From Methanobacteriota archaeon (GTDB lineage Archaea; Thermoplasmatota; Thermoplasmata; RBG-16-68-12; JAFNFQ01), in contig JAFNFQ010000004.1 in the NCBI GenBank assembly GCA_017885655.1, forward strand, positions 6,330 to 70,329: 64,000 nt of DNA. Reading direction: 5' to 3'. A program made the position numbers and the translations under genes. This document shows, piece by piece, positions 12,336 through 20,242 of this stretch (within the stretch, counting starts at the first letter, position 1; the number at the start of each line of letters is the position of its first letter). The notes under the pieces were generated by a model. The model was not told the origin of the DNA and searched no databases. It saw nothing but the letters and a program-made list of their open reading frames with translations.

Positions 12336-14309
12336 ATGGTGTATAAGATGATTCTCTGTCAACCGTCCGAGTCAATGTCTCCGTTGATTGCATCCGCGCA
12401 CCCCGCCAAAACAATTATCTCGGTATGTGTCCTAGAGTCGTCCGCATCGAGGGGAGTGCAGAATCTGAGACGCGGTACGCTGGATGGGGCACGCTCATCT
12501 CCAGAGAGCGCGGGGTCCCGTGATCAGGTCAGCGAAGGATCAGTCCCGCAAACGATGACAGAGGCGTATGCGCCCAGGCATGTGCCGGAACTCCGCTTCT
12601 CTCCAGAGGACTTCGCGATTCTCAACGAAGTGCAGGACGGGATCGTGGAGGACTCGAGGTCCTGGCTGCTCAATCTGGACGCTAATGCCCTCAGCCTGAA
12701 ATCAGGGTTCGAGGAGCTCCTGTGCCTGCCTCTGGTCAGGGGCTTGCGCAAGTACGACTTCCAGATCAAGACGGCGCTCAAGGTCCTCAGGGAGCTGAGG
12801 GGCAGGGCCATCCTCGCGGACGAGGTCGGCCTCGGGAAGACTATCGAGGCGGGGCTGATCGCGAAGGAGCTCATGATTAGAGGTCTCGTGAGGAAGGTGC
12901 TCATCCTCGTGCCAGCGTCGTTGACGGAGCAGTGGCGTGACGAGATGCAGGAGAAGTTCGGGATACCCTTCGAGGTGACCGACGAGGTGGAGGACTGGGC
13001 GAGGCACGACCGCCTGATCTGCTCGCTCGACACCGCGAAGAGTCCCCGCCATTCCGTGAACATCGAGGGCATCACATTCGACCTCGTCATCGTCGACGAG
13101 GCGCACAAGCTGAAGAACCGCCTCACCCTCAACTGGAAGTTCGTCAACGGCATCCGCAAGAAGTACCTCCTCCTCCTGACCGCCACGCCGGTGCAGAACG
13201 ACCTGGAGGAGCTGTTCAACCTGGTCACCCTGCTCAAGCCGGGGCAACTGGGGACTTGGGGGCAGTTCAAGAAGAGGTTCCTGGCGGCGGGGGACAAGCG
13301 CATGCCCAAGGACGTGGGCGACCTCAGGGGCCTGCTGTTCGAGGTCATGATCAGGAACAGGCGGGGGAACGTCCTGACACTCCCGCCAAGGAGGGCACAT
13401 CTCGCCCGCATCACCTTCTCGCCCGGCGAGCGGCGGCTGTATGATGAGGTGACCGCATACATCCGCTCCAGATATCCGCGCCTAGATAGGAAAGAGGCAT
13501 CGGTCAACCGCCTCGCGTTGATGATCCTGCAGAAGGAGGTGGGCAGCAGCAGCTTCGCCGCGGCGGCGACGCTGAGGAGGCTGAGCGAGAGCGAGCAGTT
13601 CACCTTCGAGGAAAGAGAGCAGTTGTCGAGACTACGCGATATGGCGGTTTCCGTGGACCGTCACGAGAAGGGCGGGAAGCTGGTCGAGTTCCTCGGCAAG
13701 TTCGACGACAAGGTGCTCGTCTTCACACAGTATCTGCCGACGCTCAGCTACCTGGATGGCCTGCTCAAGCAGGAAGGGTTCTCGCATTCGCTCTTCCACG
13801 GAGGCATGGACGCGTGGACGAAGGAGGAGAGCGTCAGAAAGTTCAAGGGGGACGCGAAGGTGTTCCTCAGCACTGAGGCGGGCGGCGAGGGGCGCAACCT
13901 GCAGTTCGCGAACAAGCTGGTCAACTACGACCTGCCGTGGAACCCGCTGAGGCTCGAGCAGAGGATAGGGCGGATACACCGCGTTGGCCAGGAGAGGGAG
14001 TGCCAGATAGTCAGCTTCTGGACGGAGAGGACGATCGACGAGTACATCCTCGAGCTGCTCGACAAGAAGATCGACATGTTCGAGCTGGTCGTCGGGGAGC
14101 TCGATTTAATCCTCGGCAGCGTCGAGGACAGGAGGAGCTTCGAAGAGGTGCTGATGGACATCTGGTCCATGGAAAGCGAAGCCGAAAGGAGAAGGGAACT
14201 GGAAAGGTTCGGCGGGGAGCTGCTCGACGCGAAGAAGCGGTACGCCGCGGTCAAGTCCTACCAGGAGGGCCTCCTCGGCTCCTCTCTGGCGGTGGAGGGG
14301 TCGACCTGA
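12336..14309 (+). CDS. SNF2/SWI2-family DNA-dependent ATPase/helicase
   Basis: Motif I ILADEVGLGKT, motif II VIVDEAHKLKN, LLLTATPVQNDLEELFNLV, and C-lobe FLSTEAGGEGRNLQ...DLPWNPLRLEQRIGRIHRVGQ. The start is uncertain. 12336 is the maximal ORF but leaves only 28 nt to the divergent gene; in-frame ATGs at 12375 and 12555 (MTEAYAPRH) are plausible alternatives. Confidence 0.9.
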   Translation: MVYKMILCQPSESMSPLIASAHPAKTIISVCVLESSASRGVQNLRRGTLDGARSSPESAGSRDQVSEGSVPQTMTEAYAPRHVPELRFSPEDFAILNEVQDGIVEDSRSWLLNLDANALSLKSGFEELLCLPLVRGLRKYDFQIKTALKVLRELRGRAILADEVGLGKTIEAGLIAKELMIRGLVRKVLILVPASLTEQWRDEMQEKFGIPFEVTDEVEDWARHDRLICSLDTAKSPRHSVNIEGITFDLVIVDEAHKLKNRLTLNWKFVNGIRKKYLLLLTATPVQNDLEELFNLVTLLKPGQLGTWGQFKKRFLAAGDKRMPKDVGDLRGLLFEVMIRNRRGNVLTLPPRRAHLARITFSPGERRLYDEVTAYIRSRYPRLDRKEASVNRLALMILQKEVGSSSFAAAATLRRLSESEQFTFEEREQLSRLRDMAVSVDRHEKGGKLVEFLGKFDDKVLVFTQYLPTLSYLDGLLKQEGFSHSLFHGGMDAWTKEESVRKFKGDAKVFLSTEAGGEGRNLQFANKLVNYDLPWNPLRLEQRIGRIHRVGQERECQIVSFWTERTIDEYILELLDKKIDMFELVVGELDLILGSVEDRRSFEEVLMDIWSMESEAERRRELERFGGELLDAKKRYAAVKSYQEGLLGSSLAVEGST

Positions 14310-15766
14310 GGCAACCCGAGCTGAGATCCTTCATCGGCGCGTACTTCGAAAAGCTCGGGGCGGGCACGTTCGAGGATGTGCCCGGGGTCGTGAGGTATGA
14401 GATACCTCCGGAGCGCCGGGCCGCCCTGAACGCCGCAGTGCTTCGAGTCACATTCGACCCTGCGCTCGCAGAGAAGTACGACGGCGTGGAGCTGCTCACC
14501 CCGGGAAGCCTCCTGCTCGACAGGATAATCGAAGACGCGAGCAGCAGGGGACATCACTGTGTCGCGATAGTCCAGGCGGGGGATGAATCATCAGAGAGGG
14601 AGGTGCTTGCCGCCAACCTGTCATTCAGGAATGCGACCCCCGAGGTGTCCTCGAGCAAGAGGGACCTCGTTCCTTACATGCTGTTCACGTTCAGGATCAC
14701 GCTTATCACCGACGAGAAAACAGAGCTCCTAGAGACCGTTGTGCTGAACTGCGACAGTCTGCGCGAGCATCAAGTCCGCGACATGTTCTTCGAGGAGGCA
14801 CTGGCTCTCCCTGAGGAGCCTCTGACGGGAAAAAGGGACATTCGTCCGGTGTACGTTGCGGCGTGCGAGGAAATGGAGAAGAGGATCGGCGCAGTCGTGG
14901 CGGATTGCCGAGAGAGCGCGAGGGGCAGATTGACCGAGGAGGAGCAGAGGATCAAGGACTACTTCGCCGGCCTCGCGCGCGAGGCACAGGTGTCGAAGTA
15001 CCCCGAACAGGCCAAGGCGGCGATCGAGGCTTACTCCGCGGAGGAGAGGAAGAGGCTTGAGGAGGCGCAGCTGAAGTACAGCCTGGACGCCAGGGTGAGG
15101 CTGGTCGGAGTGAGGACGATAATGGTGCCGACCGTGAAGATGGCGGTGCTTCTCACCGGGCGCAAGAAGGGCAGGGAGATCGAGCTGCAGTACGACGAGG
15201 TCAGTTTGGAGATACCGCCGCCAAGGTGTGACGCCTGCGGGACGGAGATGAAAGAACTCGGGCTATGCGACGAGGGGCACCTCGTTTGCGGGGAGTGCGA
15301 GCGGAAGTGTGCGGTTTGCGACCGCGTGTCCTGTCAAGCCTGCGCCGAGAATCTCCGGGTTTCGGATAAGTGCGCTCAGTGTGGCAGGTTGCTCTGCGAG
15401 CTTCATGCGGTCAGAGACGACTTCGGCCTCGGCGTATACTGCCCGGATCACACGACCGAATGCCCATCTTGCGGCAAGAAGGCCAGCGGCTCGTTCGTCG
15501 CGAGATGCGGGAGGTGTAACCAGAGGTATTGCTTCCTCTGCGTGGCGGCAAAGGAGAAATCGTGCGGCACTTGCAGGTCGCTGACCGGCGTGTCTGCAGA
15601 TAATGCGGACGTGGCCCGAGTCAAGTCCCAGAGCGCTTTCGCCGGCAAGTTCGGCAAATGGAAGGCTGCAAGAAACAGGAAGTTCACGATTGTCGAGGGG
15701 AGGGCGATGCTTGCGAAGAGGACATTCGTGCTCGACATGGAGGGGCAGCTGGTCTGGGAGGGCTAG
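14306..15766 (+). CDS. Cys-rich multi-zinc-ribbon protein coupled to the SNF2 helicase (start codon unresolved)
   Basis: Protein-like translation begins right at the SNF2 stop (LRQPELRSFIGAYFEKLGAGTFEDV...). There is no ATG/GTG/TTG between 14231 and 14377 in this frame. CTG 14306 overlaps the SNF2 stop (CTGA) and is preceded by GGAGGGG. The first canonical starts are GTG 14378 and 14390. Nine CxxC motifs lie in 15227-15574. Confidence 0.7.
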   Translation: MRQPELRSFIGAYFEKLGAGTFEDVPGVVRYEIPPERRAALNAAVLRVTFDPALAEKYDGVELLTPGSLLLDRIIEDASSRGHHCVAIVQAGDESSEREVLAANLSFRNATPEVSSSKRDLVPYMLFTFRITLITDEKTELLETVVLNCDSLREHQVRDMFFEEALALPEEPLTGKRDIRPVYVAACEEMEKRIGAVVADCRESARGRLTEEEQRIKDYFAGLAREAQVSKYPEQAKAAIEAYSAEERKRLEEAQLKYSLDARVRLVGVRTIMVPTVKMAVLLTGRKKGREIELQYDEVSLEIPPPRCDACGTEMKELGLCDEGHLVCGECERKCAVCDRVSCQACAENLRVSDKCAQCGRLLCELHAVRDDFGLGVYCPDHTTECPSCGKKASGSFVARCGRCNQRYCFLCVAAKEKSCGTCRSLTGVSADNADVARVKSQSAFAGKFGKWKAARNRKFTIVEGRAMLAKRTFVLDMEGQLVWEG

Positions 15767-16833
15767 GGGAGCTTTCGCCTCTCCACCTCGAGATGGTCGG
15801 CAGTCGGGTACTCCTCGATGATGTGGGCTTCCACGTCTAGACTGCTCGCGAGCTCTTCCAAGATCCAAGGGGCGACTTCGAGGCGGTGTCTTTCACGGTT
15901 GAGCCAGACCAGGCCACGAGGGACGCGGTAGGTCCGCAGCAAATCGCGCATGACCGATTTCAGGTCGCCTGATTCGATGACGCCCTTGACGAGCGTCCCG
16001 TCTTCCGTCACGACGTCCCATGGCTGACTGACATTCCTCGCCCTCCTCTTGATGCGCTCCCTGAGTTGCCAGCTGTCCTTGTACGCCGAGGTGCAATAAT
16101 GGACCGTGATGCTCCAATTGCGACCGAGGAGTTCCCTGGCGGCGCGATCGCTGCCCGCTACCCCATATGATTTCCCTCGCCCTACCCTGTATCCCCTCGC
16201 CCTGAGTTGCCCCATGTTGGTGTCGGAGAATTCCATCTCATTGAGATTCACGAAGTCGAGGTCGCTCGCCTCTGCCCATCTGACCAGCGCGACAAGTCCT
16301 CGGCGCATGTCTGGAATGAGCGGGACCTCCACCCCGACGTCCATGCCGTGGTCGCGGCCGGCGGCAGTGGCGGCTGGATACCCGCTCCTGTCCATGCGGT
16401 CCCAGAGCCGCGATGGCGGGTGGAACCTGATTTCGTCCAGGCCCGCTCTGCCGAGTCTGGCTATCTTCTTCAGATCTGTCCCCCTGGTGTATAGGTGGAT
16501 GTGGAACTTGTCGCCGAACTCTTTCCTGAGCAGGCGCACGTATCTCGATGTGCGGTCAATAGCGGTCAGAGGGTCCCCGCCGGTTATTCCCGCCCCGGTG
16601 GCGCTGATCGCCTCGGCCTCTTCGAGTATGTCCGCCTCCCGCCTCACGCGCATCTCGTCGGCAAAAACAACATCCTTGCCCTTCTTCTCCAAAGAGATTG
16701 GGCAGTAGTAGCAGCTGAAAGGGCAGAGTCCAGTGGTGAAGAGGACCATCTTGCCGCCTTTCTCGCACTGTGCACAACCTTTCGGCAGCCTGCCGATGTA
16801 GAATGAGCCGTACGGTCTGTCATGCACCGCCAT
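15763..16833 (-). CDS. Radical SAM protein (PFL-activase-related, COG2108-like)
   Basis: CPFSCYYCP (CxxxCxxC) cluster motif preceded by RLPKGCAQCEKGGKMVLFTTG. Start taken at MAVHDRPYG (ATG 16833); the longer track ORF to 17034 overlaps the upstream gene with junk-like sequence. Confidence 0.85.
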   Translation of the reverse strand: MAVHDRPYGSFYIGRLPKGCAQCEKGGKMVLFTTGLCPFSCYYCPISLEKKGKDVVFADEMRVRREADILEEAEAISATGAGITGGDPLTAIDRTSRYVRLLRKEFGDKFHIHLYTRGTDLKKIARLGRAGLDEIRFHPPSRLWDRMDRSGYPAATAAGRDHGMDVGVEVPLIPDMRRGLVALVRWAEASDLDFVNLNEMEFSDTNMGQLRARGYRVGRGKSYGVAGSDRAARELLGRNWSITVHYCTSAYKDSWQLRERIKRRARNVSQPWDVVTEDGTLVKGVIESGDLKSVMRDLLRTYRVPRGLVWLNRERHRLEVAPWILEELASSLDVEAHIIEEYPTADHLEVERRKLP

Positions 16834-16892
16834 TGAAGTCAAACGATTCCCGCCAGCGTATTTGAGCCTGTCCTTCCCGCACCGGAGAGTCC

Positions 16893-17192
16893 TCAGACCG
16901 GTCTCTTGCACCTTGCGCAGACCAGGCGGCACTCTTTCTTGCAGTCCCGGCAGATGCCATGGAGGAATTTCTCCTTGACCGGGGCGTGATGGCAGTCGGA
17001 GACGACATTGACCATGTGCCCACAATAGTCGCATAGATGCTGTATCGGTCTCTTGCTGGCGACATATCTCTGATAAGCATACATTGCGAGGAGAAGGAGG
17101 AGTATCAGCCCAACCACGGAAAGGATGACGACGCAGGTGAACGGGCCGCTATCGCCCGTATCCAAGGCAAGATGTGCTAAATCGAGAGGCAC
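16893..17192 (-). CDS. Small membrane protein with C-terminal Cys/His-rich zinc-binding tail
   Basis: One clear TM (FTCVVILSVVGLILLLLLAMYAY) followed by CDYCGHMVNVVSDCHH...CRDCKKECRLVCARCK. Lies 59 nt upstream of the radical SAM gene on the same strand. A TATA-like box sits about 25 nt upstream of its ATG. Confidence 0.5.
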   Translation of the reverse strand: MPLDLAHLALDTGDSGPFTCVVILSVVGLILLLLLAMYAYQRYVASKRPIQHLCDYCGHMVNVVSDCHHAPVKEKFLHGICRDCKKECRLVCARCKRPV

Positions 17193-17212
17193 GCGGCTTC
17201 ATTCGTTGGCGG

Positions 17213-17220
17213 ATATAAAA
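17213..17220. promoter_or_regulatory. TATA-box-like element (ATATAAAA) in a 70-bp divergent intergenic region
   Basis: Sits about 25 nt upstream of the minus-strand ATG at 17192 (a leaderless arrangement) and about 43 nt upstream of the ksgA ATG at 17263. Confidence 0.35.
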
Positions 17221-17262
17221 GCTTCGCGAGAAGAGTTAAGCAGCTGATGGGATTGTGCGGCG

Positions 17263-18087
17263 ATGCAAGCGTCAGAGGTGCGCGATGTCCTTCGCTCGCT
17301 CGGGGTGAGGGCCGACAAGAGGTTCGGACAGCACTTCCTCGTTGACGAAAGGGTCGCGCACAGGCAGGTGGAGTTCGCGGCGATCCGGCGGGATGAACGG
17401 GTCTTGGAGATAGGACCTGGATTGGGAGTGCTCACACGCATCCTCTCCGAGAGATCGCGGAATGTGATTGCCATCGAGAAGGATCGGCGATTCTGTCGAT
17501 TTCTGGAGAGGGAAGTCCCTGACGCGCGCATCATCGAAGGAGACGCTCTCAAAGTCGACCTTCCGCAATTCGATGTCGTCATCTCGAACCTTCCCTACCA
17601 GATTTCCTCGCCGATCACGTTCAGGTTGCTGGAGAACAAGTTCGACCGGGCCGTGCTCATGTTCCAGAAGGAGTTCGCCGACAGGATGGTCGCGAAGAGA
17701 GGCGGTGAGGGTTACTCCCGATTGTCGATTCACGTATATTACAGGGCCATGGCCGAAGTCATCGAAAGAGTGCCCCGTTCCGCTTTCTACCCCCAGCCGG
17801 AAGTCGATTCGTCCATATTGTCATTGAAGCCAAGGAAGCCCCCGTTCAAGGTGAGGGATGAGAAGCTATTCTCGAACATGGTGGACCGCATGTTCCAGCA
17901 CCGCCGGAAGACCATCGAGAACAGTCTGTCGCTGACTTGGCGGGAGTTTGCCGCGAGCAGGGAAGCCGTCAAGAAGGCAGTCGAATCCTCGGGATTCGGC
18001 GGGATGCGGCCGGAGGAGCTGGAGCCGGAGCAGATAGGCATCCTGGCGGACGAGCTTTGGAGCGCGCAAAGGACGCAGCCTGTTTAG
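17263..18087 (+). CDS. rsmA: 16S rRNA (adenine1518/1519-N6)-dimethyltransferase KsgA/Dim1
   Basis: FGQHFLVDERV, SAM-binding VLEIGPGLGVLT, and the catalytic ISNLPYQISSPITFRLL motif. Confidence 0.93.
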   Translation: MQASEVRDVLRSLGVRADKRFGQHFLVDERVAHRQVEFAAIRRDERVLEIGPGLGVLTRILSERSRNVIAIEKDRRFCRFLEREVPDARIIEGDALKVDLPQFDVVISNLPYQISSPITFRLLENKFDRAVLMFQKEFADRMVAKRGGEGYSRLSIHVYYRAMAEVIERVPRSAFYPQPEVDSSILSLKPRKPPFKVRDEKLFSNMVDRMFQHRRKTIENSLSLTWREFAASREAVKKAVESSGFGGMRPEELEPEQIGILADELWSAQRTQPV

Positions 18088-18191
18088 GGGTCGAGAGGGG
18101 GGTTTCTGGCGCGATTCTAAGGCGATACCCGTAGCGAAAGCTTAATTCCCCACCACTTCATCAGAACCTCACCGACCCGAGGGCATTCTGG

Positions 18192-19064
18192 ATGCCTAGA
18201 AAGAAGACACCAAATGAGCTGGAGAAGGCGGAGGTCAAGCTCAGTTCGCTGCTCGACAAGAGAGACCGGCTCAACGAGGAGGCCAACGCGATACGCCAGG
18301 AGAGGGACCTCCTCCATGATCAGAGACGGGAAACTGCAGATAAGATGAGGGATTTCAAGGGGAAGAGAGACTCGTTCGTCAAGGAGATGCGCGTTCACAA
18401 GCAGAAGAGGAACTCGCTGCACAACCAGGCGAGCGACCTCATCGAGCTCAAGAGGAAGATGAGGGGCAAGGTGAACGTCATGATCGTGGACGACCTCAGA
18501 CAGCTGCGCAGGAACTTCGATGAGATGGAGATGAAGCAGCAGACCACGCCCCTGACGATTGCGAAGGAGAACGCCCTCATCGACGACATCCGCAAGACAT
18601 ACCGCGAGCTCAAGGATCTTGAGAAGATAGAGGACGAGAACGTCAAGACGACCAGGAACGTCGGCGAGATCAACGAGCAGATAGACGACTTTTTCAAGGC
18701 CGCGGACGAGGAGCACAAGCTGGTGGTCGAGCTGTCCAACAAGGCGCAGGAGATGCACGAGAAGGTCGTGGAGGCGTTCAGCGCGATCGGGACTCTCACC
18801 GCCGAGGCGAACAAGAAGCACAAGGAGTTCCTGGAGCTCAGGGAAAAGGCAAACGCCTACCATGAGCGGGCGCAGGAGATGCGCAGGACGGTCCTCAAGA
18901 CGAAGGAGGACGAGAGGCGCGAGAGGCGGGAGGCGAAGGACATCATCCGCCAGCAGAACCTATCGGTCAGGAAGGCCCTCACCGACAAGAAGAAGCTCGA
19001 CGAGGTCGCCGACGAGCAGCTGCAGCGGTTGCTCAAGCATGGGAAGGTGGAGCTGAAGGGATGA
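18192..19064 (+). CDS. Archaeal coiled-coil protein (COG1340-like)
   Basis: 290 aa, almost entirely K/E/R/L heptad-like coiled coil. A paralog of similar length and layout lies at 49753..50622. Its stop overlaps the next gene's start (ATGA at 19061). Confidence 0.75.
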   Translation: MPRKKTPNELEKAEVKLSSLLDKRDRLNEEANAIRQERDLLHDQRRETADKMRDFKGKRDSFVKEMRVHKQKRNSLHNQASDLIELKRKMRGKVNVMIVDDLRQLRRNFDEMEMKQQTTPLTIAKENALIDDIRKTYRELKDLEKIEDENVKTTRNVGEINEQIDDFFKAADEEHKLVVELSNKAQEMHEKVVEAFSAIGTLTAEANKKHKEFLELREKANAYHERAQEMRRTVLKTKEDERRERREAKDIIRQQNLSVRKALTDKKKLDEVADEQLQRLLKHGKVELKG

Positions 19065-20131
19065 AAGCTATCGTCCTGGCGGGGGGCGAGGGTACGCGCC
19101 TCAGGCCCCTGACCAGCACCAGGCCGAAGCCATTGATGCCGGTCGCTGACAGACCGTGCATCGACTACGTGCTCAGGTCGCTCGTCGAGGCGGGCATCAA
19201 GAAGATAATCATCGCGACTCACCACCTCTCAGACAAGCTGATAAAGTCGATAGGGGACGGGCTGGAGTACGACGCATCCATAGTCTATTCTTTCGAGGAG
19301 ACGCCGGCAGGGACTGCCGGGGCGGTCAAGAGGGTCGAGGAGTTCATCGACGGCACGTTCGTCGTGGCGATGGGCGACATAGTGGCGGACGTCGACATAG
19401 GGTCGCTGGTGGAGTTCCACAAGGAGAGGAAAGCGGCGGCGACCATCGCCCTCACGGAAGTTGACGATCCTTCGCAGTATGGCGTTGCGGCGATCAACGA
19501 GAAGGGGAGGATACAGAGGTTCCAGGAGAAGCCGAAGAGGGAGGAGGCGTTCTCCAAGCTCGTCAACGCCGGCATATACGTGCTCGAGAAGAGGGTGGTG
19601 GAGTTCATCCCCGAGGGCGAGATGTTCGATTTCTCCAAGAATCTCTTCCCCAAGCTACTCTCCAACAGGATTCCTCTGTACGGAATGCAGATCAAAGGCG
19701 TGTGGATGGACATAGGCCGCCCGGCGGATCTCATGAGGGCGAACATCGAGATGGTCAACCGCAGGGGGAAGGAGAATGCGGTTCCGGGGCTCAATGCCAC
19801 GGGGCGGATCCTGGCGCGAGGGCCTGTGGGCGCGGGCGAACGTGTGACGATAGAAGGGCCGTGCTACTTCGGCCGGGACGTCAAGATAGGCGACGAGGCG
19901 GTCGTGAGGAGGTCATGCCTCCACGACGGCGTCTCGGTCGGCCAGGGCGCGTCGATAGAGGACTCACTCATCATGGATTTCTCGGTGACGGGGAAGGGGA
20001 CCGAGGTCTCGGGCAGCGTCATCGGGAGCGGATGCGAAGTCATGGACGGGGCGAGGCTCGTCAACTGCGTCATAGGGGACGGCGTCAAGGTCAAGTCTCA
20101 GATGGTCCTCCGCGACGTGACATTGTCGTGA
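19061..20131 (+). CDS. Sugar-1-phosphate nucleotidyltransferase with C-terminal left-handed beta-helix
   Basis: N-terminus MKAIVLAGGEGTRLRPLTSTRPKPLMPV (NTP_transferase signature). C-terminal hexapeptide-like repeats (VKIGDEAVV, VSVGQGASI, SVIGSGCEV, CVIGDGVKV). Confidence 0.88.
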   Translation: MKAIVLAGGEGTRLRPLTSTRPKPLMPVADRPCIDYVLRSLVEAGIKKIIIATHHLSDKLIKSIGDGLEYDASIVYSFEETPAGTAGAVKRVEEFIDGTFVVAMGDIVADVDIGSLVEFHKERKAAATIALTEVDDPSQYGVAAINEKGRIQRFQEKPKREEAFSKLVNAGIYVLEKRVVEFIPEGEMFDFSKNLFPKLLSNRIPLYGMQIKGVWMDIGRPADLMRANIEMVNRRGKENAVPGLNATGRILARGPVGAGERVTIEGPCYFGRDVKIGDEAVVRRSCLHDGVSVGQGASIEDSLIMDFSVTGKGTEVSGSVIGSGCEVMDGARLVNCVIGDGVKVKSQMVLRDVTLS

Positions 20132-20242
20132 GATGACGTCCAGAATGAAACGGACACCATCCCTCATTCCGCTGGCTTTTGTATCCATGCTGCTGCTTTC
20201 ACTGGGCGCGGAGGCAGGGCAAAAGGTGATGATGGCGACAAC

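Noticed and set aside
13937-14299. Upstream 120 codons of track ORF 13937..15766 (an ATG start at 13937).
   Set aside because: This part lies inside the SNF2 gene in another frame and reads as R/G/E-rich junk (EARAEDRADTPRWPGEG...RRGARFNPRQRRGQEELRRG). Real coding signal begins only at about 14300.
16834-17034. N-terminal extension of the radical SAM ORF to 17034.
   Set aside because: It overlaps the 99-aa upstream gene in a different frame and has junk-like sequence. MAVHDRPYGSFYIGRLPKGC at 16833 is a sensible N-terminus.
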